The notes: generated by a model not told the origin, from the sequence alone. A DNA stretch of 64,000 bases from Candidatus Kaiserbacteria bacterium (GCA_026396675.1 JAPLWI010000014.1:376-64375); one strand, 5' to 3'. Counted from the first letter of the stretch, positions 37,361 to 46,809 are shown. Translations and numbers: made by a program.

Positions 37361-37393
37361 AAATAAAAAGGCAGAACCGAAGTTCCGCCTTTT
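37361..37393 (-). terminator. cUUCGg terminator, copy 2 of the 33-bp repeat
   Basis: Minus strand AAAAGGCGGAAC-TTCG-GTTCTGCCTTTTT; 31/33 identical to 36419-36451. Confidence 0.8.
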
Positions 37394-37402
37394 GAACATA
37401 CC

Positions 37403-37906
37403 TTAATCTTCATCCAGCATCTTGGCCTCGTTCCAGATATTTTTCGCAAAGACGACGGCCTTTGCGATGCCGAACGACATTGCACACGCCACGAGAACAA
37501 AGAACACATACTCAATGAGAACCACATAATTCTCACCGTATGCGAACATTCCCGTGAACGCTCCTACGAATACGCATGCAATTCCACCGGCGAACGACCC
37601 TGTTAATGTGTATGCAGGCATACCTACTAAACCACCTGCGAATGCGCCAGCAAATGCTCCTGCAAACATACCTGCTAATCCACCGGCAGACATGACTACT
37701 AAAATGTCCATACTCACTTTCGAAACCAAAGTGCCTATAGTCACGCCTGCGAACATCGCGAGGTAAAATACCATAACCTTTTTGGTTCCCGCTCCCGACA
37801 ATGAGTTCATTATGCTTACTATCAGAATCAGCAAAGTCGGTACCCAGAGTCCAAAAATCGCGAGCCAGTAACTATCTTGAAAGAACAATGTAAACAATGT
37901 TTTCAT
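37403..37906 (-). CDS. Orphan membrane protein with AGxF glycine-zipper repeats
   Basis: Very hydrophobic, with AGMFAGAFAGAFAGG; TTGACA at 37974-37979 and a GGAG SD. Confidence 0.65.
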   Translation of the reverse strand: MKTLFTLFFQDSYWLAIFGLWVPTLLILIVSIMNSLSGAGTKKVMVFYLAMFAGVTIGTLVSKVSMDILVVMSAGGLAGMFAGAFAGAFAGGLVGMPAYTLTGSFAGGIACVFVGAFTGMFAYGENYVVLIEYVFFVLVACAMSFGIAKAVVFAKNIWNEAKMLDED

Positions 37907-38009
37907 ATCCCCGCTCCTTTTTCGTTATTTTACTTCTAACTTTCTGTCGCCAATGTACAGGACAGAATATATTTGTCAAGCTAAATAATTTGCATGATAC
38001 AATAATCCT

Positions 38010-39575
38010 ATGCTTTGGGCCGATCGCATAGCGAGCGAGATACGAAACACATGCAAACCGCGCAACGGTAAAACGTTTCTTGTTCGCGACGAAAAGACGC
38101 TCTCCGGTAGAGTGCATGTGGGGTCAATGCGTAGTGTTGCCGTTCACGGCCTTGTCTCGGAAGTTCTCGTCGAATATGGAATTGCGAATAAGTTCCAATT
38201 TGAACTTAACGACTTTGATGATTTCGATTCGATACCGAGCTATCTTGACATCGAAAAATATACAGAACATTTAGGAAAACCGCTCTACGCAGTACCAAGC
38301 CCAGAAGCGGGTTTTGCAAATTACGCAGAATATTTTGGCGCTGAATTTATTGAAGTGCACAAGAAAGCCGGCTTCACACCGAACTACTATCGCGCGACTG
38401 AACTCTATCGGTCAGGAAAGATGGATTCGTTCATTAAGATTGCGCTGGAACGGGCGAGCGACATTCGCCGTATTTTGAAAGATGTCTCAGGATCAGAAAA
38501 AGACGAGAAATGGCTCCCGATTTCTGTTGTATGCGAGAATTGTTCAAAACTTAAAACAACACGAGCATATGACTTCGACGGGGAAACGATCGGCTATACC
38601 TGTGATCAAACTCCGTATGGATCTATCGCGTGCGGTCACACAGGCCGCGTTGCGCCATGGGGAGGAGCAGGGAAACTATTTTGGAAAGTTGATTGGGCGG
38701 CTAAGTGGGTCGCGCAGGGCGTCGACATCGAAGGTGGTGGTAAAGATCATTCGACCAAAGGCGGTTCGCGCGATGTTGCGAATCACATCTGTCGTGAAAT
38801 TTTCAATACCGAACCGCCATTTGACATCCCGTATGAATTCTTTTTGGTCGGCGGGAAGAAAATGTCTTCATCAAAAGGCCATGGAAGTTCGGCGAAGGAT
38901 ATGTGTGATCTCTTTCCGCCACAGATTTTTCGCCTTGCACTTATCGGGAAGGATATTCGCGAACAGATTGATATAGATCCATCTGGCGAATCTGTGCCGC
39001 GCCTTTTTGATTGGTATGACGAACTTGGAACTGGCGTGCGCGAAGGGAAGGCAGACGATTACTCGCGTCTATTTGCACTCTGTGAACTTCCAGAAAATCG
39101 CGCTGCGTTCATAGCTCCATGGCAGATGCGATTTCGCGAGGTGGCGTTCATTGTGCAGATGCCGCATCTATCACTTATTGATGAGGCGACACGGGCGAAG
39201 GGAACTGAATTGACTGAAGACGAGGAAGCGGCACTCCAGGAGCGCGCGAAGTATGCGAAATTCTGGCTCACAACATACGCGCCGGAAGAATTTAAATACG
39301 AATTGCAAAAAGAAATGCCGGAGGTTGAACTTTCAGGCGTACAAAAGAAAGCGCTCGCTTCGCTCGCTGATTTTGTGCAAGGAGAGGAACGCTCTGGCGA
39401 AGAAATTCATGCGCGCCTTCACGAAATGAAAACCGAAATTCCTATACAGCCGAAAGAATTATTCCAAGCGCTGTACCGAATCTTCCTCAATCGCGATTCA
39501 GGTCCGAAAGCTGGTTGGTTCCTCGCCGGCCTCCCACGCGATTTTGTCCTCGGGCGTTTAAAAACGATAAATTAA
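38010..39575 (+). CDS. lysS: Lysine--tRNA ligase, class I
   Basis: WAD, SGRVHVG (HIGH-like), KL.WKVDW, GKDH and KMSSSKG. Confidence 0.93.
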   Translation: MLWADRIASEIRNTCKPRNGKTFLVRDEKTLSGRVHVGSMRSVAVHGLVSEVLVEYGIANKFQFELNDFDDFDSIPSYLDIEKYTEHLGKPLYAVPSPEAGFANYAEYFGAEFIEVHKKAGFTPNYYRATELYRSGKMDSFIKIALERASDIRRILKDVSGSEKDEKWLPISVVCENCSKLKTTRAYDFDGETIGYTCDQTPYGSIACGHTGRVAPWGGAGKLFWKVDWAAKWVAQGVDIEGGGKDHSTKGGSRDVANHICREIFNTEPPFDIPYEFFLVGGKKMSSSKGHGSSAKDMCDLFPPQIFRLALIGKDIREQIDIDPSGESVPRLFDWYDELGTGVREGKADDYSRLFALCELPENRAAFIAPWQMRFREVAFIVQMPHLSLIDEATRAKGTELTEDEEAALQERAKYAKFWLTTYAPEEFKYELQKEMPEVELSGVQKKALASLADFVQGEERSGEEIHARLHEMKTEIPIQPKELFQALYRIFLNRDSGPKAGWFLAGLPRDFVLGRLKTIN

Positions 39576-39602
39576 GGGCGTTTTGAGATATGCACAGTAT
39601 CA

Positions 39603-39681
39603 TTGCAAACCTACTTGACGCGTGTATAATGAAAGAGTTCGTTCGGAAACCGCCACGCTTGAGGGCGGTTTCCCTCGTTTT
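39603..39681 (+). ncRNA. Candidate small RNA (promoter plus hairpin) convergent on the NYN gene
   Basis: TTGCAA-16 nt-TATAAT (39625-39630) followed not by a CDS but by GGAAACCGCC-acgcttgag-GGCGGTTTCC and a short T-run. Confidence 0.4.
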
Positions 39682-40339
39682 ATACAGTATTTTGTAGCTT
39701 TTCTATGCTTTTGCGCCAATCGTTTATATCTATAAAAGAAGCACGATTCTTCCCAGAAGCAATCTCATCTGTAATCAAGTCTTGCAATCGTGTTGAAAAC
39801 TTTTTCTCCCCGTTCTTGTCGCGTCTAGTGTTAGATACAATGCAGACATGTACACTATGTTCCATAGCGTGTCTTATCAGTGCTTCAAAGTCGCCATCGC
39901 CAGAAAAAATAAGAAACTCGGTCGCACCGTCTATACACTGCATTGCGTCTACTGTCAGGTCAACATCGCAATTTGATTTTATTGCACCAGGAGAAGTTAC
40001 TATAAGCTTCCCATCGATTCCGCATGCAGAGCAAGTATAAGAATGTTCGCGCACCTTATCTTTTTGAGGAAAAGAAGTTCTGATACGTGCTTCGTATCCT
40101 TGTTTTGTATGTTTTGCTGTTAGTCCGACAACGTCCCATTCTCGAACCCCAGTATATATAAATACTTTTTCGCACATCCAAGATCGTCCCTCGGCTCTCT
40201 TTGCGCGAAGATGTTGAGAAAGTTTTTCCCAATCAATAGCAAAACCAAGAAGATCTTTGGTAGTCCTATCAAGATTGTTTCTGTCAACAAAAGCGAAAAT
40301 TTTACTTGGTTTTGGTTCAATCTCATTTTCCATTTCCAT
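39680..40339 (-). CDS. NYN-domain (LabA/DUF88, PIN-like) ribonuclease with a CxxC insert
   Basis: FVDRNN, K.NCDVDL.VD and SGDGDF acidic motifs; CSAC insertion. Confidence 0.85.
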   Translation of the reverse strand: MEMENEIEPKPSKIFAFVDRNNLDRTTKDLLGFAIDWEKLSQHLRAKRAEGRSWMCEKVFIYTGVREWDVVGLTAKHTKQGYEARIRTSFPQKDKVREHSYTCSACGIDGKLIVTSPGAIKSNCDVDLTVDAMQCIDGATEFLIFSGDGDFEALIRHAMEHSVHVCIVSNTRRDKNGEKKFSTRLQDLITDEIASGKNRASFIDINDWRKSIEKLQNTV

Positions 40340-40375
40340 TAAATTTAGCATAATTACACCACATTTTCAAGTTTG

Positions 40376-40413
40376 TTTTCCACACCTATTGTCACCACGG
40401 TCCATGTGGATAA
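40376..40413. promoter_or_regulatory. Two DnaA-box-like sites upstream of mraZ
   Basis: TTTTCCACA (40376-40384) and TGTGGATAA (40405-40413, perfect reverse box). Confidence 0.5.
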
Positions 40414-40428
40414 CTTCCCACGGGAAGA

Positions 40429-40485
40429 TGGGGTAGTGGTATATAATGGTCAACAGTGGGAAGAAGTAGAAAGCAGGAGTGGTGG
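40429..40485 (+). promoter_or_regulatory. mraZ promoter with GTGG(G) repeats (putative MraZ operator)
   Basis: TATAAT at 40442-40447 flanked by TGGG/GTGG repeats. Confidence 0.5.
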
Positions 40486-40517
40486 CTTGCTTTCTTCTTT
40501 CGCTCACTCCTATTCAC

Positions 40518-40946
40518 ATGTTCCTTGGAGAATACCTACATACTTTTGATTCGAAGAATAGGATTTCACTTCCGTCAAAATTTCGGAAGGGTCTAGGCCG
40601 TGTCGTCGTGGTGACGCGCGGCCTTGATCATTGTTTATATATCTATGCGCGCAAAGAATGGGAAAAAGAGGCGGAATCGTATGTCGTCGGGGCGAGCGGT
40701 AACGCAGCACAACGCGGCCTCGCACGCCTTTTCCTCGCCGGCTCATCAGAGGTCGAGGTAGACCGGACCGGTCGCGTGCTTATCCCCGAAAATCTGAAAT
40801 CATTTGCATCGATTAAAGAGAAGGCAGTTATCACCGGTGTTGCTGATCGAGTCGAAATCTGGGAAGAAAATGCGTGGAAGAAATATACGGCTGAAATCGA
40901 AAAGGAAGCAGAAACATTCGCTGAGAAGGTCGGCGACGCTCGTTAA
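40518..40946 (+). CDS. mraZ: Transcriptional regulator MraZ
   Basis: MFLGEY, D.K.R..LP and DRTGRVLIP. Confidence 0.93.
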   Translation: MFLGEYLHTFDSKNRISLPSKFRKGLGRVVVVTRGLDHCLYIYARKEWEKEAESYVVGASGNAAQRGLARLFLAGSSEVEVDRTGRVLIPENLKSFASIKEKAVITGVADRVEIWEENAWKKYTAEIEKEAETFAEKVGDAR

Positions 40947-40948
40947 TT

Positions 40949-41845
40949 ATGGAAGCCCGTCACGACAGCATCTTAATGAATGAAGTGCTTGAGGCACTCA
41001 ATATACATCCGAGCGATACCGTTGTAGATGCCACGATCGGCGGTGCGGGGCATTTTGCAGCACTGCTCGCCGCACTCGGAGAGGGCGGCATTATTATCGG
41101 TATTGATGCAGATCCTGCTGCAGTTGAACGCGGACGCGAAGTGTATGCTCTTGATCGTCGACCTGATCGCCCAATCGCGTATCTTGTAAACGATAATTTT
41201 CGCAATCTCACGCGTATTCTTGAACGGCTCGGCATCGGACAAGTTGATAAAATTCTTTTTGATTTCGGTTGGAGCGGGTATCAGATTGCATCACCGCGAG
41301 GTTTTTCCTTTCAAAATGATGAACCGCTTCTTATGAATTATTCAGAGACAGGAGAAACTGCGTCCGATATTGTTAACACTTCTTCGGAAGAGGATTTAGT
41401 TGCTCTCATCTTCACATTCGGGGAAGAGCGTTTCGCGCGTGGCATCGCGCGCGCGATTATCGCTGCTCGTTCCAAAGAGAGAATCCTCACTACAGGAGCG
41501 CTCGTTGCCGCGATTAAAGCAGGAACGCCGCGCTGGTATCAGAATAGAAAAATTCATCCAGCGACCAAGACCTTCCAAGCGCTTCGCATAGCTGTTAATG
41601 ATGAAATAGGCGCTCTGCGCGAAGGGCTCGCCGCTGCGCTGCAATCGCTCGCACCTGGAGGCCGTATCGCGATTATTTCTTTCCACAGTATTGAAGATCG
41701 CGTTGTAAAAAATCTCTTACGCGATGCGATGCAATCGGGGTTTGGATCGCTCGTTCCGAAAAAGCCAATAGTGCCGATGCGCGCAGAGATTATTAAAAAT
41801 CGCCGAGCGCGGAGTGCAAAGCTCCGCATTTTTTATGCCCAGTAG
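40949..41845 (+). CDS. rsmH: 16S rRNA m4C1402 methyltransferase
   Basis: DATIGGAGH, RGFSF, FQALRIAVNDE, FHSIEDR and ARSAKLR. Confidence 0.95.
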   Translation: MEARHDSILMNEVLEALNIHPSDTVVDATIGGAGHFAALLAALGEGGIIIGIDADPAAVERGREVYALDRRPDRPIAYLVNDNFRNLTRILERLGIGQVDKILFDFGWSGYQIASPRGFSFQNDEPLLMNYSETGETASDIVNTSSEEDLVALIFTFGEERFARGIARAIIAARSKERILTTGALVAAIKAGTPRWYQNRKIHPATKTFQALRIAVNDEIGALREGLAAALQSLAPGGRIAIISFHSIEDRVVKNLLRDAMQSGFGSLVPKKPIVPMRAEIIKNRRARSAKLRIFYAQ

Positions 41846-42212
41846 CACAACTATGGACAAGAACTTTCATCACACATCGTACGCAACAACACCTAGAAAA
41901 CGGGTTGTGCTACTGGGTATGCATAATTTCTTTTCTCTTTTCTCTTTCTCACTGCCGAAAATTTGTTTCGGCACGATTACTGGTCTCGTTGTCATCTACA
42001 TCGGCCTTATTGCTGTAGTGATGAGTTACGCAACGCTCACAATTGAATTTTCTCAATCAGTTAGAAATGATGAAGCGAAAGTCGCAACGCTTGAATCGCG
42101 CTATCTCAAAATAGTGGAGCACACCACAGCAATTGATTACGCTGCGGCCGGATATGCGCTTCCTATCGCGAAAATATTCGTGCCAGCAAAAAGCGTAACG
42201 GCACTCCGTTAA
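41835..42212 (+). CDS. FtsL-position membrane protein
   Basis: Single TM helix plus a short coiled coil between rsmH and ftsI. Confidence 0.55.
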   Translation: MPSSTTMDKNFHHTSYATTPRKRVVLLGMHNFFSLFSFSLPKICFGTITGLVVIYIGLIAVVMSYATLTIEFSQSVRNDEAKVATLESRYLKIVEHTTAIDYAAAGYALPIAKIFVPAKSVTALR

Positions 42213-42217
42213 TTTGC

Positions 42218-43942
42218 ATGCGCGCACAGTTTCGTAATCGGATTCGCCTCGTTCTCGCTTGTGTTGTTTTCGTCGCTCTGCTAATTGTTGTTCGTCTTTA
42301 TTTTGTTCAAATCGTGCATGAACAGGATTATTCGCAAAAAGCAGATCGACAATTCGCTTCAGGCGGAAGCGGCCTCTTTGACCGCGGTTCCATTTATTTT
42401 ACTCGTAAGGACGGCGCACTTATTTCAGCGGCAACACTCCAAACTGGTTTCCTTGTCGCGCTGAATCCACAAACGCTTACAAACCCTGAGGCCGCTTACT
42501 TGGCGATAAGTTCCGTTGCTTCTTCATCGATTGACCATAATACATTTCTTGCCGCTGCTGCAAAGAAAAGTCAAATTTATATTGAAGTCGCGCATCGTCT
42601 TTCTGGAACCGATGGGCAAACACTTTCTGCGATGAATATCCCTGGTGTGCAGGTACTGCGCGAGCGATGGCGGTATTATCCTGGAGCAACGCTTGCTTCA
42701 CAATCAATCGGCATTGTGTCATACGGTTCGGGGGACACTCTCGCTGGCCGAACCGGTCTTGAGGCGATGTACGACACAACACTCACGCGTTCGGGTGATG
42801 CTTTATACAAGAATTTTTTCGCAGAGATTTTTTCAAATGTAGGGAATCTTCTTGTTTCTGTTAATGACGCGCGTGAGGGCGATGTGGTAACTACCATAGA
42901 GCCGGAAGTGCAAACGCGACTTGAAAACGATCTTGCGAAAGTGAACCAACGGTATTCAAGTAAAGAATCAGGAGGCATTATTATGGATCCAGCTACAGGA
43001 GCGATTCTCGCACTCGCGAGCTATCCGGCTTACGATGGTAATAATTTACAGAGTGTCGACCCGACAGTGTTAGGAAATCCGCTCGTAGAACATGTGCATG
43101 AATTCGGTTCCATCATGAAGCCGATTACGATGACTTCTGCTCTTGACGCTGGTGTCATCACACCAGAAACGACATATACAGATACCGGCTGCATTACCGT
43201 GAACAAAGCAACCATTTGTAATTGGGATATGAAAGCCCGCGGCGTTATTCCAATGCGTCAGATCATCATGCAATCGCTCAATGTTGGGGCATCATGGGTG
43301 GCGACACAATTGGGACAGGAAAAGTTCCATGATTACTTCACAAAACTCTTCGGGCAAAGGACGGGCATTGATATACCAAATGAGGGAGTCGCTCTCCTCG
43401 ATAATATTAATAAGTCGCAACAGATTAATTATGATACTGCGGCTTTCGGACAGGGCATCGCGGTAACTCCAATTCAGATGATTCGCGCACTTGGCGCAAT
43501 CGCTAATGGCGGGGTGATGGTACAACCACATCTTGTGAGTGCAATTCATCTCGATTCTGGTATTACCAGATCTCTTGATTGGAATCAGAACATTCAAGTA
43601 TTTTCCGTAACGGCTGCTCGCGAGACGACGGATATGATGACGGCGCTTGTTGATGAAAAACTCGAAAATGGTAAAGCGAAGATTCCTACCACATCGGTAG
43701 CGGCAAAAACAGGTACCGCACAACTCGTAGATGGGCATGGCGGTTACGACAAAAATCGTTTTTTCCACTCATTTACCGGTTTTTTCCCTTCTTACAACCC
43801 GCGGTTTATCATTCTCCTCTACACGAATGATCCGCAGGGTGTTCAATATGCATCAGAGACGCTCGATGCAACCTTCCTTGACCTCGTGCACTTTCTCATT
43901 GACTATTACGCAGTACCGCCTGATAGAGGCATTACACAATGA
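42218..43942 (+). CDS. ftsI: Penicillin-binding protein 3
   Basis: RGSI, SxxK (GSIMK), SLN and KTGTAQ; dcw position. Confidence 0.88.
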   Translation: MRAQFRNRIRLVLACVVFVALLIVVRLYFVQIVHEQDYSQKADRQFASGGSGLFDRGSIYFTRKDGALISAATLQTGFLVALNPQTLTNPEAAYLAISSVASSSIDHNTFLAAAAKKSQIYIEVAHRLSGTDGQTLSAMNIPGVQVLRERWRYYPGATLASQSIGIVSYGSGDTLAGRTGLEAMYDTTLTRSGDALYKNFFAEIFSNVGNLLVSVNDAREGDVVTTIEPEVQTRLENDLAKVNQRYSSKESGGIIMDPATGAILALASYPAYDGNNLQSVDPTVLGNPLVEHVHEFGSIMKPITMTSALDAGVITPETTYTDTGCITVNKATICNWDMKARGVIPMRQIIMQSLNVGASWVATQLGQEKFHDYFTKLFGQRTGIDIPNEGVALLDNINKSQQINYDTAAFGQGIAVTPIQMIRALGAIANGGVMVQPHLVSAIHLDSGITRSLDWNQNIQVFSVTAARETTDMMTALVDEKLENGKAKIPTTSVAAKTGTAQLVDGHGGYDKNRFFHSFTGFFPSYNPRFIILLYTNDPQGVQYASETLDATFLDLVHFLIDYYAVPPDRGITQ

Positions 43943-45231
43943 AAAACATCTTCAAATCGCTGGTCGCCTTTAAACTCTCTCTTATTGCACGGGTCGTGAT
44001 ACGCCGGTATAGGCCACAGATTGTACTGGTAACCGGTTCGGTTGGTAAAACATCTACTAAAGATGCCGTGGCGGCTGTGCTCAGGACGCGTTTTTTCGTT
44101 CGTAAAAGTGAAAAAAGTTTCAATAGCGAATTTGGTGTCCCTTTCACAATTCTTGGGGTAGAGAATCCGTGGTGTAATCCGTTCGCATGGTTTGGAGTCG
44201 CCAAAAGTACGCTCGCACTTTTATTCCTGCCGAACCATTATCCAAATATGTTGGTACTCGAAGTTGGCGCTGATCGACCGGGAGACCTTTCTCGCATACT
44301 GCGTTTTGCGGCACCGAATGCTGTTGTAGTAACGCGGCTACCTGAAATACCAGTACATGTCGAAGCATATGCTTCGCCAGAGGCAGTGCGGGAAGAAGAA
44401 TTTTCTCCAGCGTACGCGCTTTCTGCTGGCGCTCCACTTATTATTTCCGCTGATGACTTATACGCGCTTGATAATGCGATGCGCACTCCGGCACGTGTTA
44501 TTTCTTATGGAAAAGCCGGTAGCGCAACGATACGCATACATGATATTGGATTTTATGAGGAAAAAGGAAACATTGCCGGTATGAGTGCTAAAGTGACGAC
44601 GGCAGATGGAACAGGAAAAATCATCGTAAAACACTCAATCGGCGTCACCCAACTTCTCCCCGTCGCGGCCGCTCTCGCGGTCGCGCAGGCGTTTGACATA
44701 TCGCTTTCTGAAGCGCTTTCTGCGCTTAATGACTATGAACCGCCCCCCGGTCGTGGCCGACTTCTTAACGGAATACACGGTTCAACTATCATTGACGATT
44801 CATATAATTCTTCGCCTGCGGCAGTTGAAGAAGCACTTGCCACGCTAAAAACATTTCCACGAATAGGACACCATGCTTGCGCCAGTAGGCGCATTGCAGT
44901 TCTGGGCGATATGCTAGAACTCGGTCGTTATTCGGTAGCAGAACACGAGCGCATTGCGAAACTTGCTGGCGAATCGGCCGATGTCATTGTTACAGTAGGT
45001 ATCCGCGCCCGCGCATTCGCTACAACTTCTTCTTGCGCTGAGATTTTGTCATTTAACAACTCATACGAGGCCGCGTCTGTGCTCGCCGCGTTCATTCGCG
45101 AGGGTGATATCGTTCTTGTTAAGGGCTCGCAATCAATTCGCACAGAGCGCATCGTAGAGGCGCTCCTCGCCGATTCTGCCGATGCATCAAAACTTGTCCG
45201 TCAAGAAAAAAAGTGGAAAGAAAAAATATAA
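43939..45231 (+). CDS. murF: UDP-MurNAc-tripeptide--D-Ala-D-Ala ligase
   Basis: VTGSVGKTSTK, DDSYNSSP, GDMLELG and LVKGS. Confidence 0.9.
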   Translation: MKNIFKSLVAFKLSLIARVVIRRYRPQIVLVTGSVGKTSTKDAVAAVLRTRFFVRKSEKSFNSEFGVPFTILGVENPWCNPFAWFGVAKSTLALLFLPNHYPNMLVLEVGADRPGDLSRILRFAAPNAVVVTRLPEIPVHVEAYASPEAVREEEFSPAYALSAGAPLIISADDLYALDNAMRTPARVISYGKAGSATIRIHDIGFYEEKGNIAGMSAKVTTADGTGKIIVKHSIGVTQLLPVAAALAVAQAFDISLSEALSALNDYEPPPGRGRLLNGIHGSTIIDDSYNSSPAAVEEALATLKTFPRIGHHACASRRIAVLGDMLELGRYSVAEHERIAKLAGESADVIVTVGIRARAFATTSSCAEILSFNNSYEAASVLAAFIREGDIVLVKGSQSIRTERIVEALLADSADASKLVRQEKKWKEKI

Positions 45232-45283
45232 AAACAACGAATCTGATAAAAAGTATAGTTATTGTCCATCACCATCTATTTTG

Positions 45284-45355
45284 TGACCCTACAGAGAATC
45301 GGACTCTGATTCCATCCTTGAGAAGGATGTGTCCTAACCGTTAGACGATAGGGCC
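45284..45355 (-). tRNA. tRNA-Glu(CTC)
   Basis: Acceptor GGCCCTA/TAGGGTC, anticodon arm CATCC-ttCTCaa-GGATG, T loop TCCGATT. Confidence 0.9.
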
Positions 45356-45367
45356 TCGCTGAACAAT

Positions 45368-45637
45368 TTATAACAGAGAATTTGGGTCTTCGCCATCCGG
45401 AGTAACGATATCTCGATTCGCCTGGTGATCCATTTCTGCACATTCTTTGTCAATTTCTTTTTCTCGTAGTATTTTTTTCTTTTCTTCCTCTCCTTTTTCT
45501 TTTTCATTGTGTTCTAGAGCCAATCGCCGTTGTTCGGCCGCCTTTTGCGCTCCTTTCTGACCCATTTTGCTTAGGGTCTTATAATCGTGCCCAAGTATTT
45601 TTTCCTGAACTTTTTTCGGTATTCTATAAAATTCCAT
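45368..45637 (-). CDS. Small charged hypothetical protein
   Basis: Intact ORF between yqeY and tRNA-Glu; SKMGQKGA resembles a KGG motif. Confidence 0.6.
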   Translation of the reverse strand: MEFYRIPKKVQEKILGHDYKTLSKMGQKGAQKAAEQRRLALEHNEKEKGEEEKKKILREKEIDKECAEMDHQANRDIVTPDGEDPNSLL

Positions 45638-45646
45638 AGATAATTA

Positions 45647-46102
45647 TTATTGAAGTAAATTATCCACCACCGCTTTTACATCGCCACCATCGGCCCTACC
45701 TTTTAACTCTTTCATCAGCGCGCCAGTAAATTTACCAGCATCGGCTTTTGATGAGATGTTTAATTCCACCATTTTTGCTTTTGCAATCTTCTCAATTTCT
45801 TCACGGCTCATCATTGCGGGGAGATAGGTCTCGATTATAGCGAGCTCGGCTTTTTCCGGTTCTGCGAGGTCGTTGCGCGATGCCTTTTCAAATTGCTCAA
45901 TAGAGTCCTTGCGCTGACTCGCGGCACGCTTTAAGACCGTGACGGCCTCTTCATCCGTGAGAAGCTCGTCGGGTTTGCGTTTCTTGGCGACGACTTCATT
46001 AGTCATCGCGGTAACGAGCGACCGTAGTGTCCGCAACCGGACTTCGTCATGCGCCCGCAGGGCGTCAGGAATTGATTGTTTTAATGTTTCGTGGATAGTC
46101 AT
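45647..46102 (-). CDS. GatB/YqeY domain protein
   Basis: QRKDSIEQF, R.DL..E..E...YLP and GRADG. Confidence 0.9.
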   Translation of the reverse strand: MTIHETLKQSIPDALRAHDEVRLRTLRSLVTAMTNEVVAKKRKPDELLTDEEAVTVLKRAASQRKDSIEQFEKASRNDLAEPEKAELAIIETYLPAMMSREEIEKIAKAKMVELNISSKADAGKFTGALMKELKGRADGGDVKAVVDNLLQ

Positions 46103-46163
46103 ATTTAGATTCTATCATACGTAATGATTGTTCCTTTTCATAGATTCCTGTACAGTTTTGAGA

Positions 46164-46475
46164 ATGAATGAACCCTCAGAGCAACTGAAGAAATTCATAA
46201 AGGACTCCCAATGGATTTTTGCGAAAACATATGCAACGACGTGGCCGCACGAGTATCTTGTGCAGGAACAAGTGGACAATGATTTATTTTTGGATCTAGC
46301 ACAGCACATTGATATGTTCGGCTACGAATCTCATTTTTATAAAACTAAACAGATGTACTATGACTATAATGGACACAGCTATTGGCATATGGGCAACATA
46401 ATCAATCGCTGTCTTGAAGCAGATACATATCACAGAAGAGAGAAAGATGACCGGTTGCCTAACATTAAAAAATAA
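46164..46475 (+). CDS. Hypothetical protein (WxFAKT...PHEY)
   Basis: Intact aromatic-rich ORF with a leaderless-type start. Confidence 0.65.
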   Translation: MNEPSEQLKKFIKDSQWIFAKTYATTWPHEYLVQEQVDNDLFLDLAQHIDMFGYESHFYKTKQMYYDYNGHSYWHMGNIINRCLEADTYHRREKDDRLPNIKK

Positions 46476-46479
46476 TTTT

Positions 46480-46809
46480 ATGACAAACAAATATGGGCTT
46501 CCCGAGGAAGAATTGAAGAAGATTAGAGCTAGAGATACGAAGTGTGTTTATTGTCACAAGGCAATGATTAATCCTAGCTCCGGTTGCTCGAAGTGCAATT
46601 GGGCTACCATAGAACATCTAAACCATCTATCGCCGTGGGATAATCCAGACACAGTTGCTTATTGTTGCGGGAGTTGCAATTCAAGCAGAGGAAAAAAGAA
46701 ATTGCCAGATTGGTTTAAGACACCGTATTGTGTGCAGAAAAACATAAACGAAAAGACGGTAGCAAAACCAGTTAAGAAATACATCAGGAAAATTGAAGGG
46801 CCATTGTGA
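46480..46809 (+). CDS. Small HNH endonuclease-like protein
   Basis: RD..CVYC...TIEH...N....CCGSCNSSRG. Confidence 0.78.
   Translation: MTNKYGLPEEELKKIRARDTKCVYCHKAMINPSSGCSKCNWATIEHLNHLSPWDNPDTVAYCCGSCNSSRGKKKLPDWFKTPYCVQKNINEKTVAKPVKKYIRKIEGPL

Noticed and set aside
38010-39575. Class I LysRS as a novelty
   Set aside because: Class I LysRS is established in several bacterial lineages; recorded as a feature only.
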